In this document: positions 26,948 through 38,708 of the stretch, piece by piece | Layout: each line of letters starts with the position of its first letter | How positions within the stretch are numbered: the first letter of the stretch is position 1 | Assembly (NCBI RefSeq): GCF_006345805.1 | Contig: NC_042998.1 | Coordinates: forward strand, 30,380,001-30,444,000 | Direction of reading: 5' to 3' | DNA from: Octopus sinensis | Taxonomy: Eukaryota | DNA: 64,000 nt | The notes under the pieces: generated by a model | Seen by the model: only the letters and a program-made list of their open reading frames with translations | What the model was told of the DNA's origin: nothing | The model's database searches: none | Position numbers and translations under genes: made by a program

Positions 26948-27186
26948 AATACCTATTTCTTTACTACCCACAAGGAGCTGAACACAGAGAGGACAAACAC
27001 GGACAGACAAACGGATTAAGTCGATGATATCGACTCCAGTGCGTAACTGGTATTTATTTAATCGACCCCGAAAGGATGAAAGGCAAAGTCGACCTCGGCG
27101 GAATTTGAACTCAGAACGTAGCCGCAGACAAAATAAGGCCACGCATTTCGCCCGGCGTGCTAACGATTCTGCCAGCTCGCCGCCTT
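26948..27186 (-). mobile_element. SINE family C
   Basis: Complete head-core-tail in reverse complement. Confidence 0.9.
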
Positions 27187-27701
27187 AATTATATGAGTAC
27201 TAGTTGTTGAAGGGCACTTTATTATACTGATCTCGATGGTATAGGAGGAGAATTTCATACTGGTGGGATCTAAACGCACAACGTAATGTGGCCGAAATAG
27301 AACTGACTTAGGGGTATTTTTCTCAATGATCTATCATTTCTGCCCCTTCACCAATGCAGACCCTGCTATACTCTTACACCACTGCTTTCTCTCACTCTTT
27401 CTTCCTGCTTCTGTTGTACCTGTATGCATGTATATATTTATACATATGTATACATATATGCATATATATATATATGTACATATATATATATATATATATG
27501 TATTATATATATATATATATATGTACATATATATATAATATATATATATATACAAAAAGCAATAAAGATTCAAGTTAATTTAAATGAATTTACTTGAATA
27601 TGGTACCTAACTTAGATGCACCAAAAAAAACTATACTGTTTTAACAATACAGTAATGCGGGGTGATTATAAGCGGGAAAGAAGCAACAAGAATGGATAGG
27701 T

Positions 27702-27789
27702 TTTTAGTACAATCGTTCATACAAGGACAGGCTTTATTAAAAGTTGTAAAAATTACAGCATATAAACGTCCCGTACTCATCAGCTAAAA
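27702..27789 (-). ncRNA. Type I hammerhead motif (family 1), GAAA reduced to GAA
   Basis: TTTTAG-CTGATGA-GTACGGGAC..GTCCTTGTAT-GAA-CGATTG-TA^CTAAAA; one core A missing. Confidence 0.65.
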
Positions 27790-29812
27790 TACATGTGAGT
27801 TCTCTAGACATCCTAGTGGTTGAGGCTATACTCATGAAGTAATGTAGATAAATAAGTAACATAAACATAAACAGATTTCCAAAGTTCATTACAGTTCTTT
27901 AAAGATGATGTACAGTCTTATCACAGAATTTTAAAAAAGCTTTAATAGCATCACAGAGAAGGTGACCTAATCCATAGAGCACATATGAATTTCCAGAGAT
28001 ATGATGAGGGATTACATACTCACAGAAGACAAATTTATCCATTGTTAATCACAACGAGGTGGGTCTCAATTCCTGCTTATTAGCATTACAGAGAGGATGA
28101 ATTAATCCTTTGTATAGATGCACAATCTCCAATGGTGTAGATGTAAATTTCCAGAGAAATGAAGAGGAATTTCATATTCACAGGCGATAAATTTATCAGT
28201 GGTTGAACACAATGAGGTAGGTATCAATTCTTGTTATATGATTAGGTATTTGCCACATTAATCACATTACTGCTATTTACAAGAGGCTGTAGCTATCTAA
28301 CTTTTAAAGGCTGAAGGGCTTTCTAGAGAGGCAAAGAATAGAAAAGGGACGGGAATAGAAGAAAAGAGAGAAAATAAAGGAGGAGGGAGCAAAAAAGGGG
28401 GGAAGGGGACTAAAAGAGAAGAGAAAAGGAAAAAGAGAATAAGAAGAAGAAATAGAAAAAGAAAAAAGAGAAAAGAGAAAGAAATAGGGAAAGAAGGGAA
28501 AAAAAGAAAAAGAGAGGGTTCTAGTTATACAGAAGAATTAGTAGACGGCAAGTCTGGTTTTAATTTACAGGCATCTAGGAACTAGAGGAGAATATTATTC
28601 TTTGACCAGTAAAACAGCTAATTATTGCTGTTGAAATCAGCTATGAATTTAAAGAGAATCTAAAGAGATAACACAGTCTGGGGTTTAGGGGTCAGATGCT
28701 AAAATCAAAAGAAAATACATTAGGAAAATCTAAGTATAATCTTATCAAAAAGTCATTAAAATTTACTTATTTAATTTATTCATTTTATTGTCTTAAGGAG
28801 TTGCCGTTATTAATCATACATTGACGGACTACAGGTCAAATCTTAGAAAATCATTTACAAGGTGTAAGGGGATTGTCTATCATAATGAAGATAATCATAT
28901 TATCACCGAGGGGGTAGCCTTATTTATTTTATTTTGAAATAGAATTATGGGGCTATAGTAACTCATTTTATTTTATTAGAGTTATGCTACTTAAATTAGA
29001 TTAAGTTAGGAATTAAAATTAAAAATTACAATTAAGATTTAAAATTAAGAATTTAAAAATTATGAGTTTGAAATTAAATAAAGCCTCAATTAGCAGCAGC
29101 GTATAAGTACTATTCATTTCCCTGTTCTCAAAAAAACTGAATCAGATATAAGGAAAAAGATAACTGTAGTGTGAGAACTCTTAGTTATCTACTTAAAGCA
29201 GTGCTATACTAGTAGAAATCAAGTTATATCTATCTATCTAGTTACGAATATTCTAATCATTTAAAATATTTTAAGTCTTCAATTTAGCGTGGACACAAAC
29301 TTGACCTAGTTCGATATGGTTATTCAATAAGTTTCTATGTTTTCTATGCTTTAGAATTTCATACGTCTCCATGGAGCATAGTTGGCAACCAACCCTACTA
29401 TTTTTATAAGGAATTGCTCTCCTAACTATTCCCAATTAAGGTTATAATTTTTATTATTATTTTTGAGTTCCCAGATTTTGTTTTGAAAGTGTGGTGGTAC
29501 CAGCTTTATGACGTAATTTAAAAGACGAGATGTGATTTCTAACTCTGGCTAGAAAATTAATAGTACATCCAAGTAAAGATATTTGTTATTCTCCGTGGAT
29601 ATGGTACATTTATAGATTACATTATTTTCCCCACATAGACCAGGTGCCGGGCATTTTGATTTTATTCTACACTTACACACAGGAGGAACAACTTCAGGCT
29701 TTGGATTATTCTATGAACTTTGGAAATCTGTTTATGTTTATGTTACTTATTTATCTACATTACTTCATGAGTATAGCCTCAACCACTAGGATGTCTAGAG
29801 AACTCACATGTA

Positions 29813-29903
29813 TTTTAGCTGATGAGTACGGGACACGTTTATATGCTGTAATTTTTACAACTTTTAATAAAGCCTGTCCTTGTATGAAACGATTGTACTA
29901 AAA
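29813..29903 (+). ncRNA. Type I hammerhead ribozyme (family 1), intact core
   Basis: TTTTAG/CTAAAA stem I, CTGATGA 29819-29825, stem II GTACGGGAC/GTCCTTGTAT, GAAA 29886-29889, GUA cleavage after 29897. Confidence 0.85.
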
Positions 29904-30240
29904 ACCTATCCATTCTTGTTGCTTCTTTCCCGCTTATATATAATATATATATATATATATAATTAATTAATAAGGGTGAGAGAATTAGATACTAATTAAT
30001 AGTTATCTATTCAACACCAAGTGGCCTAGTGCTCCGAGAAACCTGGATTATTATAATATTTTATAATATATTACAATATTTTTACAAAATAAATATAAGA
30101 GAGTGGTCACTATATGGCTCACTCTAGCACCAGTTAATCCAAAAGGTTTCAACCACAAAAATACATGTTTCCCATGAAAGTCAGTACGATTGTTAGCTCA
30201 CACGGACAGGGCAAATAAAAAATAACAAAAATACAGATTA

Positions 30241-30321
30241 TTTTGGGACAATTGTTTCGCTATTAATGAATTAAATGTAATTTTACTTACAAAAAAATCC
30301 ACTTGTAGCTCGTCGCCAAAA
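30241..30321 (-). ncRNA. Type I hammerhead (family 2), core U deleted (C-GACGA)
   Basis: TTTTGG-CGACGA-GCTA..TAGC-GAAA-CAATTG-TC^CCAAAA. Confidence 0.7.
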
Positions 30322-30775
30322 CTATCTGGATGAAATCCACTCAATCACACGCCAGATTTTACCATAACGATAAATACGCGTGTGGTTCAATTGATTACAT
30401 CCGACGTTATAATTCAAATGCCCCAACTAACAGCGCGCCAAACTTTCACGGAAAACAAATACAGCATTTAGAAATAAATGCAGCATAATTATAATTAATT
30501 AATAAGGGTGAGAGAATTAGATACTAATTTAATAGTATATCTATTCAACACCAAGTGGCCTAGTGCTCCGAGAAACCTGGATTATTATAATATTTTATAA
30601 TATTATTACAATATTTTTACAAAATAAAATATAGAGAGTGGTCACTATATGGCTCACTCTAGCACCAGTTAATCCAAAAGGTTTCAACCACAAAAATACA
30701 TGTTTCCCATGAAAGTCAGTACGATTGTTAGCTCACACGGACAGGGCAAATAAAAAATAACAAAAATACAGATTA

Positions 30776-30857
30776 TTTTGGGACAATTGTTTCGCTATTA
30801 ATGAATTAAATGTAATTTTACTTACAAAAAAATCCACTTGTAGCTCGTCAGCCAAAA
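30776..30857 (-). ncRNA. Type I hammerhead ribozyme (family 2), intact
   Basis: TTTTGG-CTGACGA-GCTA..TAGC-GAAA-CAATTG-TC^CCAAAA; all core positions canonical. Confidence 0.9.
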
Positions 30858-31264
30858 CTATCTGGATGAAATCCACTCAATCACACGCCAGATTTTACCG
30901 AAACCTTTTGGATTAACTGGTGCTAGAGTGAGCCATATAGTGACCACTCTCTTATATTTATTTTGTAAAAATATTGTAATATATTATAAAATATTATAAT
31001 AATCCAGGTTTCTCGGAGCACTAGGCCACTTGGTGTTGAATAGATATATACTATTAAATTAGTATCTAATTCTCTCACCCTTATTAATTAATTATAATTA
31101 TGCTGCATTTATTTCTAAATGCTGTATTTGTTTTCCGTGAAAGTTTGGCGCGCTGTTAGTTGGGGCATTTGAATTATAACGTCGGATGTAATCAATTGAA
31201 CCACACGCGTATTTATCGTTATGGTAAAATCTGGCGTGTGATTGAGTGGATTTCATCCAGATAG

Positions 31265-31346
31265 TTTTGGCTGACGAGCTACAAGTGGATTTTTTTGTAA
31301 GTAAAATTACATTTAATTCATTAATAGCGAAACAATTGTCCCAAAA
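31265..31346 (+). ncRNA. Type I hammerhead ribozyme (family 2), intact
   Basis: CTGACGA 31271-31277, GCTA/TAGC stem II, GAAA 31329-31332, palindromic CAATTG, GUC cleavage after 31340. Confidence 0.9.
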
Positions 31347-31796
31347 TAATCTGTATTTTTGTTATTTTTTATTTGCCCTGTCCGTGTGAGCTAACAATCG
31401 TACTGACTTTCATGGGAAACATGTATTTTTGTGGTTGAAACCTTTTGGATTAACTGGTGCTAGAGTGAGCCATATAGTGACCACTCTCTTATATTTATTT
31501 TGTAAAAATATTGTAATATATTAAAAAATTATAATAATCCAGGTTTATCGGAGCACTAGGCCACTTGGTGTTGAATAGATATACTATTAAATTAGTATCT
31601 AATTCTCTCACCCTTATTAATTAATATAATTATGCTGCATTTATTTCTAAATGCTGTATTTGTTTTCCGTGAAAGTTTGGCGCGCTGTTAGTTGGGGCAT
31701 TTGAATTATAACGTCGGATGTAATCAATTGAACCACACGCGTATTTATCGTTATGGTAAAATCTGGCGTGTGATGGAGTGGATTTCATCCAGATAG

Positions 31797-31877
31797 TTTT
31801 GGCTGACGAGCTACAAGTGGATTTTTTTGTAAGTAAAATTACATTTAATTCATTAATAGCGAACAATTGTCCCAAAA
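31797..31877 (+). ncRNA. Type I hammerhead (family 2), GAAA reduced to GAA
   Basis: TAGC-GAA-CAATTG-TC^CCAAAA. Confidence 0.7.
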
Positions 31878-32026
31878 TAATCTGTATTTTTGTTATTTTT
31901 TATTTGCCCTGTCCGTGTGAGCTAACAATCGTACTGACTTTCATGGGAAACATGTATTTTTGTGGTTGAAACCTTTTGGATTAACTGGTGCTAGAGTGAG
32001 CCATATAGTGACCACTCTCTTATATT

Positions 32027-32072
<46 letters not shown>

Positions 32073-32263
32073 ATATATATATATATATATAATATATACA
32101 TATATATTATATATGTACATATATATATATATATATATATTAATATATAATATAATACATATATATATATATATATGTACATATATATATATATGTATAT
32201 ATATATGTACATATATATATATATATATGTACATATATATATATATGTACATATATATATATA

Positions 32264-35228
32264 TAAATCCTTAAATCCTTAAAAATGTTTTAGCCCGAAG
32301 GCCGCGGCCATGCTGGGGCACCACCGCTGAATGAGCTACACTAGTTTGTGAATCCACCTCTGATACGTGGCACTTGATCAACAAGGGAGTTCGATGCTGC
32401 TGCCCGCATCCGTGTCTCCTGTCGTGAGGTAGGTTCATCTGGGACTCCCAACAAGAAGAGATCCAGTTTAGTTTTAAAGAAACCCACATCCACACCATGT
32501 AAGTCTCTCAGGCATTTAGGGAGGATGTTAAAGAGCTGTGGTCCTCTGAAACCCAAGCTGTTGCAGTATCTGGACCTGTATTTTGATGGTGATGTTGGAA
32601 TCCTTGGCACCACGCAGCGGCGCCCCGTTCTGCGGTGGGAGTAACTTTGAATGCCAAAGTTTGGGACAAGACCCTCCAGGATTTTCCAGATGTATATCAC
32701 TGCATATCTCTCCCGCCTCCGCTCCAGGGAGAAGAGTTTAATACCTTCAGTCTTTCCCAGTAGCTGACATTTTGCATTGAGACGATTTTCTTTGTGTAGC
32801 TTCTCTGAGTTGCTTCGAGTTCTGCTGTTGTTTTATATTGTGTGGTGACCAAAGTTGGGAGCAGTAGTCCAAGCGGCTGAGGACAATGTTTTCCATAGGA
32901 CCATCAGTGTCTCCTTCTCTCTTGTTCTGAAGTTCGGAGAATCCATCCAGCTAGCCGTCTGCATTTTATCACCAGATTAGCAATATGCATTTGGAAAGAT
33001 GCATCATTGCTCATGTCAATGCCCAGGTCACGCACTGATTTTGACTCAGGGATTGCAATTCTTCCTGGGCCAGTGTATCCAGTCTTCACGTCATTTACCT
33101 TTGTGTGCCAGTAGCGCAGGGCCTGGAACTTACCTGCATTAAACTGCATGTTGTTGTCCTCAGCCCACCTGTATATTGTGTCCAGCTCATGTTGCAGATG
33201 CGCAATATTTTCAGGGTTTTGTATTGCGTGGGAGACTTTTGTGTCATCTGCATAGCTAGCAAGGTGGTCATCGTAGCAACTGAAGGCATGTCTGAAAGGG
33301 CCACTATGAACATCAGTGGCCCCAAGACAGTGCCCTGTGGGACACCGCTTGTTATTTGCGTTTCCCTGGAGGTGGCTCCATTGCTCACAACTGCCTGTTT
33401 TCTGTCTTTTAGGAAGTTGTGCAGCCACTCTCCAAGTTTCCGCCTATGCCGAGACCACGCAGTTTGTGACAGATCATACCATGGTCGACTTTATCAAAGG
33501 CTTTTGCAAAGTCAAGATATATTACATCCACATTTGAGCCATTTAGTAGCTGTTTCAACACCCAGTCATAGTGTTGCAGGAGCTGTGTTAGGCAGCCTCT
33601 ACCTGGTCGAAATCCATGCTGGGTGTCAGACAGTAAGTCATTTTCTTCAAGGAACATGATTAATTTCTTACGGACTATTCGTTCCATGACTTTGCTGATG
33701 TGTGAGGTCAGAGAGATAGGCCTATAATTTTTAGCATCTGCTCTGCTACCTCCCTTATGGATAGGGCATATTACCCCCTCTTTCAGTTTGACTGGGAGCT
33801 TACCACTTGCAAGAAAGCTCTGAAAAAGAAGCTGTAGCGGTTTTGCAAGGGCTCGTTTGCACGATTTGAGAAGGATCGCTGGGAATCCATCAGGTCCAGC
33901 AGCTGAGTTTGTGTCAATCTCATCAATGGCTAGTGTGATGATATCATCTTCTTCGATGTTGATGTACTCAATTTTTGTCTCTTTGGCCGCTGGTAAAGTG
34001 GCAAAGAATCTTCTGGGTTGTTTACTTGCCTGTGTCCTAGAGGTGTAGTGAACACACTTTGGAACTGTTCGTTCAGTATTTCACTTATCCTCGTGGGATT
34101 TCCTGTGAGAGAGCCATCTTTTTGGAAGAGAGGTCCTATTCTCTGGTGCACTGTGGCTGTCTCTTTGGCAAACTTAAGAAAGCTTTAGGGTTTGATTTTA
34201 TATTTTCTATTACCCAAGCTTCTTTATCTGCTCTCTCCTTTTCATGGGACTGATGTAGACTTTTCTCAGTTTCCATTAGCATTCTTTCGAGCCGAGACTT
34301 CTCACCACTTTTGGTGTGCTTGCTCAGGCGGTTTGCAATCCTTGTCCGTCGTCTCATAAGAATCCTCCTTTCTCTAGGGATCCTGTTTTTGTTCTTGTGT
34401 GTGCTGGCCCTGCACATTGGACATATTTGTCACATATGGCTTGTATTATGGACATGAAGTGTTTGTGTTTCATGTTTATGTCCGGTGTGGAGAGACATTC
34501 AGGCCAATCCTGTTTGAGGATCTCTTTCTCAATCGACTTCCAGTTGGCTTTATGAAAGTTTAAGTTGGAGAGATGGTGGGTGCTTCGTATAGGCTGTGTG
34601 TCTGCGGGGGCTTTTGTTCCATACATAGACAGCTCTATTATGTTGTGATCCGAGATCATTGTCGGCATCACATTAACATTATGGATAATATCCATATTGT
34701 TTGTGAAGCAGAGATCCAGTATATTATCTGCCCTTGTTGGTTGCAGAACTATTTGCTCCATGAAAGAGGCATTTGTGAGATGGAGCAGGGACTCCACCTG
34801 TGCCTGCTGATGGTGTGTCATCCCTGGGAGCATCTGCCCCCAGGCCATTCCACATTGGGGAGGTTAAAGTCACCCATGAAGAATACACTGTTGTGCTGTT
34901 CAAGGTGGTGAGGACTCTCCTATTTTTGTTAGGCAGTCTTCAAACATGCCTGAGTGTTTTGGGGCATCTGGTGGGCGATATGTAGTGCATATGACGATAT
35001 TCAGTTGTCTTATGTGTACAATTTGAGTTTCACATACTAAGTTTGAATATGACAGCAGGACCTGGGGCGTGAGGTCATTTCGGATGTACATTGCAACTCC
35101 ACCATGGCTCCTCCCTTTTCTATCTGTGCGTATGACTGCATATTGCGGCATGTGTATTTCTGCATCACCTATATCGGGTTCAAGATGCGTTTCTGTGAGT
35201 GCCATGCATATAGCTTGATTGCATGCAC
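32264..35228 (-). mobile_element. CR1-group non-LTR retrotransposon, ORF2 (APE endonuclease plus RT), 5'-truncated and frameshifted
   Basis: ORF pieces ALTETHL..RTDRKGRSHGGVAMYI..YRPP / NILDLCFTN / QHGFRPGR..DVIYLDFAKAFDKVDH / SGVPQGTVLGP / YADDTK / YIWKILEGLVPN; (AAGGATTT)n tail; flanked by TA-rich microsatellites. Confidence 0.93.
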
Positions 35229-35247
35229 ATATATATATACATATATA

Positions 35248-35319
<72 letters not shown>

Positions 35320-35411
35320 ATATATATATATATAATATATACATATAGATATTATATATACATAATACATATATTATATACATATATACATATATATATA
35401 TACATATATAC

Positions 35412-35465
<54 letters not shown>

Positions 35466-35630
35466 AATGAGAGAGGGGTTGTAAATGCAACCCTCCATGG
35501 GATAACAATATCCAATATACTGCTAGGAAGAACCCAACAAAGTTAATACCTAAATGTTATGATTCGATGCAATCAATTCATTTACTGTATTATATGGGCA
35601 AAGGTAAAATGATTTACAACAAATTACTAT

Positions 35631-37231
35631 TACAAAATAAGAAAATGAGAGAAATACATCTAAATCATATATCAATTACCAGAAAATGCTCAATCACATA
35701 CTTTATTAAACCACCATATAAGAGACTGTGGGGTTAGACATAAAAAGCAGAACAAATCAGTGTACATAAAGGAATGTACATAAAAAGTGTACATAAAAGA
35801 GTAATGTTGTATAATAAGTAGAATATATATAAAAAAGAGAATATAAATATAAGTAAATATAAATATAAGTATAGATTACATCTTACAGCTGTTTCGGCCA
35901 TGTAGATAAGTATGTCTCATTTTACCAATATTAGCCTTTTATGGTAGGTCATATATAGATATAAATGAGACATTTACAAAAATATCATAAGGCCTCTTCG
36001 GAGATTATGTAATATAAATCGGTCTACATATATACCCACATGGGTGTGGGTACATACCCATAATACAACATATACATATACATATGAGTGCATATACTCA
36101 CACTCCTATACATATAAAAATATACATATACATAATGATGTAAATAAATAATATAAATTAGTAAACATATATATGTTCCACATTCAATGTTTCAGTTTTT
36201 CAACTTAAATTGTAATAATAAACATACACATATTAGTACCTAGATACAAATATACATAGTCAATAGTACATTATATTACTTCATGCTAATTTCTAAAGTG
36301 TCATTAAAGTTTGCATCATTATCGTTGTCAATACCATTAATGCTACCATTATTATCATTCATAATATTATTAATAACGCTTACATTAGGATCCAAAGTGG
36401 CACATATGTATGTCCGGGTTCCAGTTAGTAATTTCCTTATGACATAAATACACTATTGGATTTGAATTTAAATTATCATTGTCTTCCTCACGGTTGGTCC
36501 GTTGAGAGCCGCCCGACCTCCACCACACCGCACAAGAAAAACATACACATCCACATCCAACTCTAAACCCACACATCCACACAAAACTCACACACACATG
36601 AATACACCCCGACACATCCCTACACATTCACTAAACTGCAGAGTGTATGTCTGTCATCGCATGGCTTATAGACAAATCAGTACAGGCAGCAGTGTCTATA
36701 CACTAACACACACACTCACACGTACATCCGCATATACCCATAAATATTAATACACTCTCATATACTGTGTAAGGGAACATTCGCACACACATATATACAT
36801 ATTTAAATATATATCTGCGCACTCATGCGTACAAATAAAACCTATACTTATATCCACCCATGAATAAATATTCGCATATACATATATACATATCCAAATA
36901 CGCACCTGCGTACTCATATGTATAAGAAAAACATACATCCGTACATCCAATCACGAATATACCTGTATGTACAAAAACATACATACGTACACATACACAT
37001 TTTCACACACCTCGCCACCTCAACCCACGTCCACTAAATCATAAATTAAAATATATGTCTGCCCATCCAAAGACGTATATATACATACACAAAAAGTAAA
37101 CAGAAGTTACTATTAATTTAGATATAAGTTCATTAACACGAATAAATTCCGAAGGACAACAATAATTGTAGGACAAAGAAAATATACTATTTAAAAATAC
37201 ATATGATAATAATACTAGTTTAATAATCTTA
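35631..37231 (-). mobile_element. PLE inverted arm (copy of 44405-46002), cut by the gap
   Basis: Near-identical to 44405-46002 and the reverse complement of 47827-49320. Confidence 0.8.
35875..36013 (-). ncRNA. Type I hammerhead motif (family 3), CCGAAGA core
   Basis: ATTAC-ATA-ATCT-CCGAAGA-GGCC..GGCC-GAAA-CAGCTG-TA^AGAT-GTAAT; 9-bp bulged stem I. Confidence 0.72.
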
Positions 37232-37331
37232 NNNNNNNNNNNNNNNNNNNNNNNNNNNNNNNNNNNNNNNNNNNNNNNNNNNNNNNNNNNNNNNNNNNNN
37301 NNNNNNNNNNNNNNNNNNNNNNNNNNNNNNN
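37232..37331. other. Assembly gap (100 N)
   Basis: Run of exactly 100 N. Confidence 1.
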
Positions 37332-38560
37332 GAGGAGAATATTATTCTTTGACCAGTAAAACAGCTAATTTATTGCTGTTGAAATCAGCTATGAATTTAA
37401 AGAGAATCTAAAGAGATAACACAGTCTGGGGTTTAGGGGTCAGATGCTAAAATCAAAAGAAAATACATTAGGAAAATCTAAGTATAATCTTATCAAAAAG
37501 TCATTAAAATTTACTTATTTAATTTATTCATTTTATTGTCTTAAGGAGTTGCCGTTATTAATCATACATTGACGGACTACAGGTCAAATCTTAGAAAATC
37601 ATTTACAAGGTGTAAGGGGATTGTCTATCATAATGAAGATAATCATATTATCACCGAGGGGGTAGCCTTATTTATTTTATTTTGAAATAGAATTATGGGG
37701 CTATAGTAACTCATTTTATTTTATTAGAGTTATGCTACTTAAATTAGATTAAGTTAGGAATTAAAATTAAAAATTACAATTAAGATTTAAAATTAAGAAT
37801 TTAAAAATTATGAGTTTGAAATTAAATAAAGCCTCAATTAGCAGCAGCGTATAAGTACTATTCATTTCCCTGTTCTCAAAAAAACTGAATCAGATATAAG
37901 GAAAAAGATAACTGTAGTGTGAGAACTCTTAGTTATCTACTTAAAGCAGTGCTATACTAGTAGAAATCAAGTTATATCTATCTATCTAGTTACGAATATT
38001 CTAATCATTTAAAATATTTTAAGTCTTCAATTTAGCGTGGACACAAACTTGACCTAGTTCGATATGGTTATTCAATAAGTTTCTATGTTTTCTATGCTTT
38101 AGAATTTCATACGTCTCCATGGAGCATAGTTGGCAACCAACCCTACTATTTTTATAAGGAATTGCTCTCCTAACTATTCCCAATTAAGGTTATAATTTTT
38201 ATTATTATTTTTGAGTTCCCAGATTTTGTTTTGAAAGTGTGGTGGTACCAGCTTTATGACGTAATTTAAAAGACGAGATGTGATTTCTAACTCTGGCTAG
38301 AAAATTAATAGTACATCCAAGTAAAGATATTTGTTATTCTCCGTGGATATGGTACATTTATAGATTACATTATTTTCCCCACATAGACCAGGTGCCGGGC
38401 ATTTTGATTTTATTCTACACTTACACACAGGAGGAACAACTTCAGGCTTTGGATTATTCTATGAACTTTGGAAATCTGTTTATGTTTATGTTACTTATTT
38501 ATCTACATTACTTCATGAGTATAGCCTCAACCACTAGGATGTCTAGAGAACTCACATGTA

Positions 38561-38651
38561 TTTTAGCTGATGAGTACGGGACACGTTTATATGCTGTAAT
38601 TTTTACAACTTTTAATAAAGCCTGTCCTTGTATGAAACGATTGTACTAAAA
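38561..38651 (+). ncRNA. Type I hammerhead (family 1), duplicate of 29813-29903
   Basis: Identical motif at offset 8748. Confidence 0.82.
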
Positions 38652-38708
38652 ACCTATCCATTCTTGTTGCTTCTTTCCCGCTTATATATAATATATATAT
38701 ATATATAT

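Larger units (their letters stand above)
27666..29936 (+). mobile_element. Degenerate PLE with inverted terminal repeats (~220 bp), each carrying an HHR
   Basis: 27666-27888 is the reverse complement of 29713-29936; plus strand holds frameshifted RT motifs KGVAVINHTLTDY (~28800), VSMG A*LAPTL (~29365) and WYIY-D-YIIF (~29600); possible GIY-YIG remnant on minus at 27890-28300. Confidence 0.7.
29961..32028. repeat. Tandem plus inverted array of a ~530-bp HHR-containing, non-coding monomer (retrozyme-like or PLE pseudo-LTR)
   Basis: Units in one orientation over 29961-30899, then reverse-complement units over 30900-32028; one HHR per unit; both ends abut (TA)n. Confidence 0.9.

Noticed and set aside
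31630-31875. 81-aa ORF antisense to the HHR monomer (and 63-aa ORF 31778-31969)
   Set aside because: Not kept open in the other units of the array and no recognisable domain.
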